64,000 bases of DNA from Octopus sinensis (Eukaryota), in the NCBI RefSeq assembly GCF_006345805.1, contig NC_042997.1, forward strand, positions 42,842,001 to 42,906,000, written 5' to 3'. Shown here in pieces: positions 38,271 through 52,334 of the stretch. Position numbers and translations under genes: made by a program. Position 1 is the first letter of the stretch. Each line of letters starts with the position of its first letter. The notes under the pieces are model-generated. The model was not told where the DNA came from. It saw only the letters and a list, made by a program, of their open reading frames with translations, and ran no database searches.

Positions 38271-41200
38271 ATTATACTTTGGCTCCTGAAATGATAATCA
38301 AAAGGCCCCAAGTTCAATAACATAGCAAGGCATCATGGGTAAAATGCCTTTTACCATAGCTTCAGGGAAAACTGAGCTATTTGTAGTATTTGGCTACAAC
38401 CTGTTCATTTAACACCTGTTTTCCATTCTGGTATGGGTCATTAAAATTTTGCCAGGGTTGTCTTTGCCTTTTATCGTTCCAATTTTAATAAAATAAGAAC
38501 AAACATCCAGCCATATTATCCAATCATTGAGTCCTTGAAAATTTTACTGTAATGTCAAATTCCATAACATGAAACCTGTTTTCTTATTGGCTTCTTTGTT
38601 ATGCAAAATAAAGTAGTCAATGGGAAAAAAATAGGTTATATTACAGGATTTTACATTATGGCAAAATTGTCAAAACACTATTTCCATAATGTGAAAGATG
38701 CCTGTACTAGTCATGTGCTTTAGACAATAAAATGGATTACATTCCCCACTTCTAAAATTCAGCTGTATCAAAGTTAGAATGCATTATTAATATATTTGTT
38801 ACCACCGTTACACTACCTAAAACTTGGACTTCAGATTTGATTGTGCCCATTCTGACCATAAAACTTATGAAACCCTTCAAAGCCCCACTTTTATAGCAGT
38901 TAGGCCTTAAAAGATAAGAGTTTTGTTTTCTTTTTATACTAATAAAATGTAAAACTAATGCAGTCAGACTGTACCAACAACACTAAAAAATTCTAACAAG
39001 AATCGAAATTTGAATTATTCTGCTGTAAATAAATCTACATCTGCTGAATTTATGTATTCATAAGTTTTGTGAGCCTTCAACCACTTGTGAGCCCTTGGTG
39101 CACTGGGAAAAGAAAAGGCTGGAGAAGTCAACCTCAACGGCAATTCAAGGAGTCAGTCAGGCAGTCTGGTGTGCTCTTTGACACCCTTCCAGGAACTCAA
39201 GAGTTGCTGGAGCTCTCAAGCCCTGTCAATCAACTCAGCTAGAAGAATACCACTCTAGTGTAAAACTTACAGCTTGCTGGACATTGCAGCTGTCTTAGAC
39301 TACCAAGCAACTGTGGCTAAAGAGAACTACTATACTACTATACTAGACTGTGACTAAAGAGAACTACTATACTAAGCACAGGCAAGAAGAAAAAGCCCTG
39401 TAACACCAAGGATCAGTTCACATAGTCACTGGAGAGCTTTCCTCTCTTCTGCATGATCTTCAGAAATAAAGAAACCGCTCTCATATAATTAACAGCCAAA
39501 TGAGCAATGTTTTACTGACAACATTTAAATAACAACATCAAAATGGCTGTCTTCTCTTATTTAATATATTCCCAGAGATAATGGTAAGAAATACATGTGC
39601 TCAAACTTTGTTCAAGTAGAAATACTGACATGTATTTTAACAATCCCAAAGAAATGAATGATTAAGTTAAGCTTAATACAATGTGAGTCTGACAGGTTTT
39701 AAGATCAAATCATTATAAATATTTCAAACTGAGTAGACACATACAATAATGTGAGTAAATATTATGAAAAAACTGCATGAAGTATACACACATGTAAAAT
39801 GAAATTAGGTTTCTCAGTGCAAAGTGTGAGTAGCTCTTAATAAGTATATGAAAGTCAGCATGAATTTGTTGTAGAGAAACAATGTTAAAAATCATGCATT
39901 TTATTGAATTAAGTCCCATACATCTCAAAGGATGCAAATGATGGATCTTGATAACAGAAATATTGTAGAAAATTCACTTATTATAAAAGTCAATCTTTCC
40001 CTCCTCTAGAAAGTGCCATTAAATAAATTACAGCAGTGTTTTTGTGATAAGAATAAAGCCTACAACTTACTTCTTATATAAATATATTTGATGACAATTT
40101 TATTTTTTTTTACTTTATAAATATGAAAAGTTAAAAAGAAAAAAAAGCTAGCTATCAAAGATATGTTATTCAAAATCTTTAGTAGTTTCAATAAAAGAAG
40201 CATTGACAACCTCTGCTTTAAGATAAAGAGTAACAAAAAGAAAAATGTAAAAAAAAAAAAAAACTTTGAAAACCAAAGTCAACCGAGCAATTCAGAATAT
40301 TAACAAATAAAAGTAAATGCTATGTAGCATTTTTAGCACCAACATGCTACTGCTTCTGCCATCACAGATAATATCAAATATATCCGATTTCAAAACACCA
40401 TCAAACATATAATAAAATACTTTTCTATAAATTCTTGTTTTATTAACAAGATTGGCTGCTAGTAAATTATCAAGGATTTGTGAATTATTCTGGGCCAGCT
40501 GGACAAGATATTAGCCAACAAATATATGAATCAAGAATTCATATATGCACTGCAGGTATTTCATTGTCTCAGACTAAGATAATTAATTCTACATCATCTC
40601 AGTTCATCTAGTTGTGAGGAATATGTAGTAGGCTGTTTAGGAAAGCTATCTAACTCTGTATTCAGGAAAATATTTGACTTATCTACTAAAAGCTATAGAA
40701 CTTTATATCAAAGTAACTAGCATTGCATGTCCTTTCTTATTTTATTAGATTAATGGCTATAATCTGACATAACATTGCATTGATAATTCTGCAACTATTA
40801 CTAATCTGCTACCAGGATTGCAATAGCAATGTCGTACAAACTAAGAATTTACATCCCTCGTAAGAAATGTAACAAAAACACCATAAGTAGGTCAAATTAT
40901 AGAAATGATATTCTTTGATTTTTTACTGAAATAAAGGTTTAAGCTTTTGTTGTCTCCTTTTTATAAAGGTTTATAACATCAATTTTTTTTCTTTAATTGA
41001 ATATTTTCCAGGTGATTTACTTTTTAAAAAATAATAATAATAATAATACACCACGAGAAAGACTGATTTTGTTTTTCTTAAATAAAAAAGAAAAAAAATT
41101 TTCTTTGAATGTGCTGTACTCAAAGGAAGATAATTTTCATTTGGAAGGATGGGGGAGTGTTCTTGTATGAATTGAGCTGTCTTCAAAACAAAAATAAATA

Positions 41201-43224
41201 AATATGAGAAAAAAGAAAAAAATTTAACACTAAATAGAGCTTTTTAAAAGAAACAATAAGAGTAAAAGTAATGAAAAAATCTTGAAACCACCAAGGACAA
41301 ATACCAGATGACATCAGACTTCCTAAATGCTACAGATGTTAGACCAGTTGTCGGCTCTATTCAGAGTTTCATCTGTTTCATCTATGACTAGTGCAACAGT
41401 CTATCAGAATTGCAATAACAATAATAAATCAAAATAAATATAAATAAAGAGCATTGAAAAAAAAAAAAAAAAGAAGAAGAAATGAATGAGCAAAAATGTC
41501 TAAAGCAAGTAATAATATAGGATTAAGGTTTTGAATAGCAAAATCCATTTTGTTCTACTACCACATACCAAATATAAAATACAAGGTTTGAAAGAAGTCT
41601 TTGCTTGCCCCCAAAAATTCACACCCTCACACACTAAAATGTGCACATAAATATAGGTGGGTGTATGCCTATATATGCATCTGTGCACACAAAGGAAAAC
41701 AGATATATGCATATGAAGAGATAAGTTTATTATTATAGTGGGAACTGGCTACAACACTGAACATTTGTATATACATACACACATATGTACATACAGTGTG
41801 TGCATATATACAGACATGCATACACACACACACACACACATATATGTATACATATGTGTGTGTGTGTGCGTGTATATATAAAAAATAAAGAAAATGTCAA
41901 CAAAAATAATTGCTTTCCAAATCGGCACGAAACCCCAAATTTGTAGTGGTAAGGAAATGAGAATTTTGTTTGCCTTTTTTTTTTAGCAAATTCCTTTGCC
42001 AGAGTGTAATAACCCAAATAAAAGCAATTAAAGCTAGATTTGTTAATGATTTAACACTGCACTATAAGGATTCCTTCAAGAGGTACAAGATTGATTTTTT
42101 TTGCAGAGAAAATTTATAGAGGGGAAAATATATAGAGACCCATCTGTAATTTATACAAAAAAAAAAAAAAAAGTGATAGACAGCTGTTTAGGATGAGTTG
42201 GGCCACTCCTAAACTTACCTTCTCAATCAACCACTATCAACTCAAGCAAAATCACTTCACTCAGCTCTAGTACCAGGAAAAGACACAACAAGTAGTAATT
42301 TATTGATAAGCTTGAGAAACAAGATTATTTTTAGAGATATTACATATTTAATCGTTTCCCAACATGTTAGTTTTAATAAATATAAGTTTTCCTTCTTAAT
42401 GTGCATTGTTTTGTATTCTTATGAAAATATTAAATTTGTTCCTTGTCAAATTGACTGATATTTTGTTTTTAAGAAAGAAAAAGAAGGTAATTAAGAAAGT
42501 GATTCGATTCCTGATAAATGGTTATCATAAAAATGACAGTGCAGTACAATAGCTAAATGCTTTCTTGTTTGTTCTAAGATTGAAATTCACAGTACATGCA
42601 CACACACACACATGTGATTGACTATGTAGAGCAAATTGGACATATCCTTCCTCAGTTTATATGAAAATCAGTGTTGCAAACAAACATACATTGAATGCAT
42701 GTGAAAACAAAAATTACTCCTTTGGCAGTGGCGTTTTAACATCCAGTTAATCGTGTTTGCAAGGGTCAGATGGAATTTAATGAGGTAGATTTTCTACAGC
42801 CAGATACCCTTCCAGCTGCATTTACACATGAGGCTACAAACAGTATTTATGTAAAGCACGCGATTTACATTCAGGTCAAAGACTAAAACCCAAATATTAT
42901 TAACACGAAGTGGGTGTGACTTTACTATTGAAACTCATTTAAAAGTATATATATTGCAGTTCACCACACTCAAATTCCACCTGGAATTTTTGCTTTTCGT
43001 CTTTCTCCAGAGTTTACAAAATAAGATTGAAGGTTGACTGCATTGACCATTACTCCTTGTCAATAAAAATAAGCCACAGTCTAATCAACAACACACACAT
43101 GAATAAAGGAATCTTTGAGAAAGAAAAAAAAATGTCAATAATTTGCTGGCTGTTATTTCTAGTTCTACAAAGTGTGTTATAGCATCCTATTACAATTTAC
43201 TATCTATAGGCACAAGTATGGCTA

Positions 43225-43557
43225 TAGATGCAGATATGACTGTATGGTTAAGTGCTTCTTAGCTGTATGGTTTCAGGTTCAAGCCCACTGCATGGCAACC
43301 TGGACAAGTGTCTTATTACAGCCTCGTGCCAACCAAAGACTTGTGAGGGGGATTTGGATTTTATAGACAGAAATTGAAAAAAGCCTATTATGCATGTCTT
43401 CGTTTTGGCATCATGTAATAGCTGTAAGCATCAATGTTACACAAGCAGTGTTGTTTGTTTGTAATCTTCCATGAAAATATGCTCAACTGGGGAAAATCTG
43501 CCTCAATGAATTCCGTCTGATCCATGCAAGCATAGAAAACTGAGCATAAAAATGATG
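43225..43557 (+). mobile_element. SINE family A variant with an RTE-like tail, diverged
   Basis: Head and AAAATCTGCCTCAATGAATTCC tail motif as at 33393-33797. Confidence 0.68.
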
Positions 43558-43952
43558 TGATGATGGGGGAAGCACTCCGTCGGTTACGACGACGAGGGTT
43601 CCGGTTGATCCGAATCAACGGAACAGCCTGCTCGTGAAATTAACGTGTAAGTGGCTGAGCACTCCACAGACACGTGTACCCTTAACGTAGTTCTCGGGGA
43701 TATTCAGCGTGACACAGAGAGTGACAAGGCCGGCCCTTTGAAATACAGGTACAACTGAAACAGGAAGTAAGAGTGAGAGAAAGTTGTGGTGAAAGAGTAC
43801 AGCAGGGATAACCACCATCCCCTGCCGGAGCCTCGTGGAGCTTTTAGGTGTTTTCGCTCAATAAACACTCAAAATGCCCGGTCTGGGAATCGAAACCGCG
43901 ATCCTATGACCGCGAGTCCGCTGCCCTAACCACTGGGCCATTGCGCCTCCAC
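43558..43952 (-). mobile_element. tRNA-derived SINE, family D, full length
   Basis: Minus-strand head GTGGAGGCGCAATGGCCCAGTGGTTAGG...GGTTTCGATTCCC; TSD AAAAATGATG (43548-43557 / 43953-43962). Confidence 0.92.
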
Positions 43953-44899
43953 AAAAATGATGATGACAATGATGATGAAAAGAATATTAGAAGCATAAAC
44001 ACAATGCTTATAGCGTGTTACTTTGCAGCATTAATTGGTTTCCCTTGTCAACTGATTTCTAATATCACATATCAAAATCCAAAAATATTATACTTTGATT
44101 AAAAGGAAAAGTAATGTAATGTGTTAAGTTTTTCCTAACTGGGGTTAATGACTTTCTAAAATATTAAAGCAACATTTGAACAATTATCAAAATACTGATG
44201 CATCCCAAAGCAGACATTTTGGCTACAATATATTTGTAGATGTCTGCACACATTAAAAAAAAACCAAAGTGCATTGCTCTTTAACCAATTGGCTTAATGG
44301 ATACAGTAAGGGACAATTAGATGCAGGCAGGAACTGATATTGACTGTAAAAATCTTGTTTAGCCTAAAGGTTAGGCAGTTCTAATTAACAAGTTAACTTT
44401 CATTGGAAAATAGAAGCAAAACTCCTTGGAAAGTTACCTGCAATAGGCTAGTGCCCTTCACACAGACAACAACAACAAGCATAAGAACATTATTTAAGAA
44501 TACACTATTTTGCTATCTATTATCCACATCTTTTATAGAAATGAATATTAATAATTTGTTTTTGTATTTTTCTTTTCATATGATCTTCACCATTTTAATG
44601 TCCACTTTAACATGCTTGCAAGAGTGAGAATTAACTGAGGCAGATTTTGTATGATTAGATGCCCTTCGTGTGTCAACCCTCAACTATTTCCAATTAACGT
44701 AACAATCCTCAAGTTGACTGAACAATATACAGCCCGAACATATTCAAGCAATGAACTCGAAACAAATGGTATCATTTGAATGAGCCTTTTGTTTACAAAG
44801 CTCATGCAACATGTCATGACATGTCAAGAAAAGAGGACATAGATTTCCTGCAAAGAATATACACAAGATTATCTATTTGAACCTATATGATGACACAAT

Positions 44900-45096
44900 G
44901 CAAATCCTCTGGCTACCAAATAATGAACTAGCTTCAACAGATGATGAAATTAGCAGTGATGAAGGTGTAATTTGGAGATACAGATCTTGAATACATATCT
45001 CAAGAAAATAGGGATTCAAGAACATTTACAAAAGAATATTGGAATGATCTTACAAGTGACTAATCACTAACTAAAGAGAAGGCAGAATTATTAGCA
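44900..45096 (+). pseudogene. Chapaev3-like DNA transposase relic
   Basis: An acidic ELASTDDEISSDEG stretch is followed by FTKEYWNDLTSD*SLTKEKAELLA, resembling the FxQxELNDLVRDLxLSKEKAELLA motif. The family assignment is from memory. Confidence 0.5.
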
Positions 45097-45889
45097 CACC
45101 AGGCAAAATACTTAGTGGCATTTCAGCTGTTCTTACATTCTGAATTAAAATTCCACTGAGGTTGATTTTGCTTTTCATCCTTTTGGGCTCAATGTAATTG
45201 ACTTCCTCCCTCCACTTAAATTGCTGGCATTGTGCCAAAATTTGAAATCAATATTAATTTGGAGTGAAGGCATAAGAAGTATGATGACAACCCAGACAAA
45301 ATTTATGATAGAAAATCATATTCACAAAACTCTAAAACAAAATACTCCTCAGTTATATGCACATCTAATTCAATACACAATATAAAAATGAGATAAAAAT
45401 GAATTATGCATGAATTAATAAAGAATATGTTGTATGCGTTTCAGTTCTTGAGCGAAAAATGTTATTTAATACACTTTAAAGTTTTGATTATATAAAAAAA
45501 GGAAAAATTTAAATTATCGTATTTGTAAAACTAGACACACTAATGAAAAGCTAAAGACAGATGTAGAATCAATGTTCAAAATGCATTCAGGAAACACTAA
45601 GTGAAAACAAAGAGTTTATATTCTCAACCAGGATTGTCAAAGTTTTAAACAATTTTTAGACTATGTTTTCTTTGAGGCTACAAAATCATCTTCGTCTTTT
45701 GTATGTAGTGTTATAACGAGAAACGAGCTCATAGGGATAATAAACTGACAGCGATCCATGTAATCAAAGAATTTTATTGAAAATATATACTGAAATGGGT
45801 TCCGATTGCCTATTCAGGCCCATGGAAAGATGTCAGTGAGCATCACAATCGAATGAAACACTTATCACTGGAAGCAGCACTAGAATAAA

Positions 45890-46054
45890 TCTACATATCT
45901 AGCTATATATATATAATAAATGTGAAAAACTGATTTCTGTGTGTCAGTGTGTCACACTTGGACTCCTCTCCCACTATTCAATGACACTCCTACTTTTCTT
46001 CATGCTGGGGTGAGAGTAATAGTAGGCATATAGAGACGGTGAGAGTGGTGGCTA

Positions 46055-46097
<43 letters not shown>

Positions 46098-47475
46098 CAA
46101 AGAAATTTAGAGAGAGTTGATGTTTTCTTAAAAGAAGTAGTGTTGATGGTGGCAGTGGGAGTAATAATAAAAGAGAGAGAAAGAGTGGGTATGTGAAAGA
46201 AAGAGGGAGATGATGTACAGAAATTCCTGTTGCCAACATACTAAACACTATAATTTTTGTTTCATTTTTTGCTTTCTTTAATACACACACACACACATAT
46301 GTATGTGTATAACATACACCTCATCGAAATAAAGTTTCCCCAAAATTAAACATCTACAATATAAATCCTGTTTTGTGTGTGTGTGTGCAAAAGATTATAA
46401 CAGCCGTATTTTTCAACTGATTTTCTACAAACTGGGAACATACATTACTTACGTTCAAGGGATGGTTTTAGACTCTTAAAATTTTTCGCATAATGAATAC
46501 TGGGCCCCCTGGGGACAGAAAACACCCGTTCCTGGGTTACATGAGAAAGGGAGGTAACTCTTTGTGAAGTAACTTTCTGAAATTGATTGTCTCCTTTACA
46601 TCCATTGGTCATAAAAAAAACAAAAAACAATATTACTTTTTATATTAGATTCACGTCTTTGAAAGTTTAAAAAAAATATCAACTTCTGGTTTTCTAGAGT
46701 CAGTAACATTTATATCTCTCTACCCACTTCTCTCTATCTATATTGCTCTATCCATATTGTTTCCACTTTTATTGTTTTCACCGTAAATTTTCAATCGCTA
46801 TTTACAAATAACAACAATAAATTATTGACAGAAAGAAGTTCACAATTACTGATGAAAGTAATTTCATACATAATTTACTGATGAAAGTAATTTCATAAAC
46901 TTCACTTCAATCCATATACACTTAGTTAATTTCCCTAAAAATTTCATATTTACTTTTGCAACGGTTTTGTGTTTTCTTGTTAATGGCTTTTTTCTGGTAC
47001 CTTCAATACCGGCTCTTTGGTTCACTAAGTGACAAATTTGGCTTCAACCTGTACAACTCTTTATTTTCCATAAAAATTTCTTATTTCTTTTTTGCCTTTC
47101 ATATTCAGAAATATAATTTCCGTTACCCAGTTATTTTTATTGTTTACTTTCTTCTGCACCTGTGTATTTCTGTATACGTATATAACCATGCCAAGAACGA
47201 AGGTGTCAAATTTGTCCACAATGTCAGGGTCATCAAAAAGAATGTCTTGGTCCAGGGAAAGAGAGACAGCGGCAGAAATGGAACCATACCAAGAAATGAA
47301 CAGACTGCGCACTACAAAAACCAGAGCATCTCAAAGGGATGAACAGAGGTATGCATGGCTTTCAAAGTATAGGATCTCCACTGCAGAGCGAAGAGCAGTT
47401 GCAACAGTTCAGAAAAGCAATTTCTATGAAGCAGCTTTCAAATATGATCCAGCAGTTTTTTATGCAGATGGCATT
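45890..47475 (+). mobile_element. 5' part of an autonomous-type Helitron
   Basis: TCTA...TATATAATAAATGTG 5' end, a long leader, then a RepHel-like N-terminal ORF that is cut off by RTE/SINE sequence. Confidence 0.62.
47188..47475 (+). pseudogene. Helitron RepHel N-terminal fragment
   Basis: MPRTKVSNL...RERETAAE...RLRTTKTRA...EAAFKYDP matches the charged-repeat and AFxYDP pattern that precedes the zinc finger in animal Helitron proteins. Confidence 0.62.
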
Positions 47476-47479
47476 AGAG

Positions 47480-47675
47480 ATTTCATGAAAAACGGACATT
47501 AAACGATGATGATGATATATATATATGGGCTTCTTTCAGTTTCCATCTACCAAATCCACTCACAAGGCATTGGTCGGCCTGGGGCTATAGTAGAAGACAC
47601 TTGCCCAAGGTACCATGCAGTGGAACTGATCCCAGAACCATGTGGTTGGTAAGCAAGCTATTTATCGCACAACTT
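47480..47675 (-). mobile_element. SINE family A head with an RTE 3' tip at 47480-47516
   Basis: GGACATTAAACGATGATGATG, then (TA)n, then the reverse SINE head. Confidence 0.82.
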
Positions 47676-47686
47676 CTGTGTGTGTG

Positions 47687-47747
<61 letters not shown>

Positions 47748-49012
47748 CTCACATATATATATATGAGGAGGTTATGAGTGTGTGTGTATAGTGTATACAC
47801 ACAAGGCAAAATCCTCTACTCTTTCAGTAGATACAAGAGGGGGATAACTTTCACTTTACACACTCATTTGATCTTCTAAAACTAACAACTAAATCTCTGT
47901 CAATTAATACCTACTATGTTACCGAAGAAGGGCTCATTAGACAATGTAGTCTTACATCCGCTATTAAGTATATTACATCCAACCACTACTCATGAGCATG
48001 TAAGGCTTGGTTACATTTATACTGTCACTAATTGCTTTAATTGCTTATGCTAATTGCAAACATAGCCATCCTGTGAGACACCCTACACCTCAATTTTGAT
48101 CCTGTGGGACATCCAGCATGTGAGAACTAGAGAAGAGATCTGCAACATCACACTGATGGTGCTCACTGCAGATGAGGGGACTGGAACAAGTATGAAATGA
48201 AGGACACAGTATGCTGCTTAGTCCAGGAATTGAACTCGTGATCTTATGATCTAGCCAACATGCGTTACACGTGGAATACTTCTGCTCATAGGATTACTGA
48301 ATTAGGGCCAAGCTGGAGCTAAAACATCAGTTCCATGAATAGGAAAGTGGAGTAGAATGTTTCATTGTTTGCAGTAATTAGTCAACTCATCTCTTTTATA
48401 CATGGCTGGTGATGAAAGGGCTTTGTTTAGCCCTTTTAACTTGTTCTGGAGACACTATCAACTCTTCCTTTGTATACAGTTGGTGAGGAATGGGCTTTGG
48501 CAGGCCGACTTGCTGTAGATAAATTACTCAAGAATAAACTCTTTAGTTGTGCTCCTATGACTGCGTATTTATTATAGTAGGAGGAATATGAGGATTGAAA
48601 AAAAGGCAGGCAAATTCCTGTAATCAATAGTATTTAAAAGGGATTTCAATTTTATAAACATAATTTCCATGGGATGCAAACTCTACTGTGTTCTCAATAA
48701 CGAAGAGTGGGAAAATGTCAACAAATTTTGTTAATATCTATCTTAAGGGGTCCTAGGATTTGTCACATTGATAGCTACTGCTATAGGGCAGTAGTTCCCA
48801 ACCTTTTTCAGCCCAGGGACCATTTTTTACTTGAAAAAATTTCTAGGGACCACTTCTACTTTTACTTTATGCTGTTCTATTTTCACATTAAAATACTTAA
48901 TGAAAAGACAAAATAGTCTATTTACACTTTTAAATTTATTTTAGAAAACAAAAGATAAACACCAGATATCAAAATCATTTTTCATAAAGTCATTCCTTTT
49001 GAGTCCATTCAG

Positions 49013-50803
49013 CTAGTGACTAGCTTGATACTGGTGTTTCTCACACAAGATATCATAATCAATTTTAATGAACTCATTTAGTCTGAGTCTGATAGTTCCT
49101 CTGCTGTTGACATCTAATTTATTTCTTTTTCTACTTAAAATATCTACAACAGATGAAAATGCAGATTCCACCATCCATGTGGTAGGGAAAGAAATGATGC
49201 TTGCTACATGTCGAAAAATATTTGGGTGTGATCCCTTTATCGATATGTAGGCAAAGACACCCCCTTTTTCAACTCTTCTTCTCAGTTTCATATTCTCTTT
49301 CAAGTCCAACATTTCAGCCACCTCAAAATTTTCATCTCCTGGCTCATAATCTTCTAGGTCTACAAACCAGAGTGGATAATCCATCTTTAATAAATCATTG
49401 TATCTTTTCTCAAAGTCTACATGAAAACCTTCAAGATGGGCAATGCATGAAGCAATGCATTCTGATGTAGGAACGGTGGTGTTAAAATTTCAAATGATGC
49501 CAATCTTTTTTTTTTAACTGTTTTTTCCAAAATTTTAATTTCCCCATATAGGCTAGAGTAGAAGACACTTGCCCAAGGTGCCATGCAGTGGTACTGAACC
49601 CAGAACCATGTGGTTGGTAAGCAAGCTACTTACCACACACCCACTCCTGCGCCTATGTAGAATATTTTTGATTTAAACTGGGAAAGTCTTTCCAAAATTT
49701 TCTTAGCTGTATCAGTTTGCTTCTTGGATTTGTAATGAGTCATCTGACTCTTGAACATGAGAAAGTTGATTAATGGTTCCCACAAATTCACCAGTCTTTC
49801 AATGCTCAGGCCTTTTGACAACCATCTTACTTCTGTGTGAAGCAATAGGGTTTTAAAATCTTCATCTTTACAGAATTGCATAAAAAATCTGTTATTCATT
49901 AAGTTTGATTTGACAAAGTTAATTGCATGTATGGCAGTGTTGAGTACTTCTTCCATCTGTCCAATATTCTTAGCAACAAGATGCTGCCTGTGGATAATGC
50001 AATGTATATAAAAGATGTAAGGAGCAACTGATTTCATTCTAGAAACAAAGTCTTTCATTTTTCCAGTCATGGCTGCAACTCCATCTGATGCAATGTTGAT
50101 CAAATTAGTCAATGGAATATTTTTATCATTAAAATACTGCATTACTTCATTGAATATATCTTCTCCATTAGTAGTTTCAGACATTTCTTCCCTTATATCA
50201 TCTTCATGGTTGAATCTGACATAGACCAGAAAGATAGCTTGGTTAAGAATTGTGCTATCATCAACCTGGATAGAAAAATTTATCTTTTGGAGAATTTCAA
50301 CAATCTTCTCCTCAACAAAATTAGACATTTCATCCTGTCTTTTTGTAATTGTGTTATTTGAAAGTGGAATTGTACTCAGAGTAGATGCAGCATCTTTTCC
50401 CAGAACTTCATTTGCACAAGCTATCATAGCAGGCTTAACAGGTTCCTCACGATAAATCTGAGGTGCTGCAACCTTGGCAATAATTTCAGAGACCAAATAA
50501 CTTGGTTTAAGTGTCTTTGCTTTTTCAGTAAATATCGTCTTTACAAAAGTCGGGTAGTTTGATTGGCTGCATTTTCTTTTTATTCTCAAAATATTCCCTA
50601 CTTTTATCAACAGGTAATGGATGCCTTAATTTCTGGTGCTGTTCCAGCTTAACTTTCTTCGTGGAATGATTTGTCATGATGGCATCACATTCAAGACACA
50701 CAGGTTTGGAGTCTACAGATACAAAACCAAACATGATAAAATCTTCTTTGTAGTTCCTCAGTTTTGCAATTTTAGTAGCTGGTTCAGACATTATTACAAC
50801 CAA
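49013..50803 (-). pseudogene. hAT transposase pseudogene (ZBED5/ZBED8/SCAND3-like)
   Basis: BED finger (PVCLEC..HQKLRH), IPLSNNTI, FSIQVDDST, IASDGVAAM, HCIIHRQHL, HTEVRWLSKG and FPTTWMVESAFS, with frameshifts and a SINE insertion. Confidence 0.93.
49549..49654 (-). mobile_element. SINE family A head inside the hAT transposase
   Basis: GAAGACACTTGCCCAAGG...CCTGCGCCT. Confidence 0.9.
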
Positions 50804-51490
50804 TCTTTTAAAAAATTAAAATAATAAATACTTTATTTTTATAAATTAAAAGTATCAAATTTATTATTAAACAATATTGTGTAGTGATCTATTAAAAATA
50901 TCAAGTTTATTATGAAACTGTTGTGATTGTAAAATTTAAATTATGTAATTCTTGATTGTAATACGTTATTGATTATATATTATACATTATTGATTCTTAT
51001 GGAATAATTATTGAATTTTGTTTTCTTATTATTATTCTGTCTTCCTATGAATTATTATTAAATAACAGTGTCTTTATTATCGGACAATATTGTGTAGATC
51101 TGAAATGGCTTCAATTTCTTTGATTACGAATTCTCTGGGGACCACCGGTGGGCCCCTGGGTCCACGTTGAAAATCACTGCTGTAGAGCATCGGGAAAATG
51201 CTTGCAGCATTTCTTCCGTTTCTTTAAATTCTCGGTTCAAATCCCAGTTGATGCCATCGATCTCAACCAAACCCGTCCCTTCAAAATTGCTGGATTTGTA
51301 CCTCAATGAGAAATCAATACTTAAGCTATTTAGTTTGAAACGAAGAATAATCTTAATTATATCAGCGTGTTTCAATAGTTTCTTCTCAAACTGTAAATGA
51401 AAATATAACGTACAGAAATACCAACAAGATTTCTGGTGGTATATGAAACTACTATAATGTATTTTTGATGTTTGATAATTATTTTAATAT

Positions 51491-51920
51491 AGGCGCAGGA
51501 GTGGCTGTGTGGTAAGTAGCTTGCTAACCAACCACATGGTTCCGGGTTCAGTCCCACTGCGTGGCATCTTGGGCAAGTGTCTTTTGCTATAGCCCAGGGC
51601 CGACCAATGCCTTGTGAGTGGATTTGATAGACGGAAACTGAAAGAAGCCTGTCGTATCATCATCATCATCATCGTTTAACGTCCGCTTTCCATGCTGTAT
51701 ATATATATATGTATGTGTGTCTGTGTTTGTCCCCCTAGCATTGCTTGACAACCGATGCTGGTGTGTTTACGTCCCCGTCACTTAGAGGTTCGGCAAAAGA
51801 GACCGATACAATAAGTACTGGGCTTACAAAGAATAAGTCCCGGGGTCGATTTGCTCGACCAAAGGCGGTGCTCCAGCATGGCCGCAGTCAAATGACTGAA
51901 ACAAGTAAAAGAGTAAAGAG
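51491..51920 (+). mobile_element. SINE family A with an antisense RTE tip of about 40 bp (51657-51697)
   Basis: (CAT)nCGTTTAACGTCCGCTTTCCATGCT sits at the start of the central TA tract. Confidence 0.92.
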
Positions 51921-52290
51921 TATACCAAATAGTAATTAACAAAGGAGAGAGAGAGAGAGAGAGAAAGAACAGACCCCAACAAAATTCACGTCATTTCTTA
52001 ACTAAAACAGTTTTGCTTAGGTTATCTGGTCCACAAGACCATATCTAATTGTGAGATAAACACTATTTCTATTATTATATAATGTATAATAGCAAGGCTG
52101 TTTAAAAAACAGAGAAATGAGATATTTTCAATATTTGGGTGTTTCTCAGGTGTTGATTTTGTATATGATGGCAGTTCATTGCTCAAATGTGAGATAAGGT
52201 TGTTACAAAATAATAAGAGAAAGGGTTACATTGACAGATCACATTTAAGATATTGGGGATCAGTCACTCACACACAGTGTGTGTGTGTAT

Positions 52291-52334
<44 letters not shown>

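Larger units (their letters stand above)
48789..51179 (-). mobile_element. Near full-length decayed hAT transposon (Buster/Charlie family)
   Basis: Termini CAGTAGTTCCCAAC / GTTGAAAATCACTG; the 8-bp flanks CTATAGGG / CTGTAGAG match at 6 of 8 and fit nnnTAnnn; internal transposase. Confidence 0.92.

Noticed and set aside
42213-42270. Minus-strand donor AAG|GTAAGT as a coding exon
   Set aside because: All three frames of the upstream segment contain stops and the acceptor is weak.
43877-43952. tRNA gene (also 56485-56560 and 25296-25368)
   Set aside because: A and B boxes are present, but the sequences are heads of TSD-flanked SINE-type elements and lack a clean cloverleaf.
46845-46900. Two CTGATGA motifs as a hammerhead
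   Set aside because: No stem II followed by GAAA; it is a 29-bp tandem duplication.
49630-50610. Domesticated ZBED-like host gene
   Set aside because: Frameshifts, a SINE insertion and retained TIRs/TSD indicate a dead transposon.
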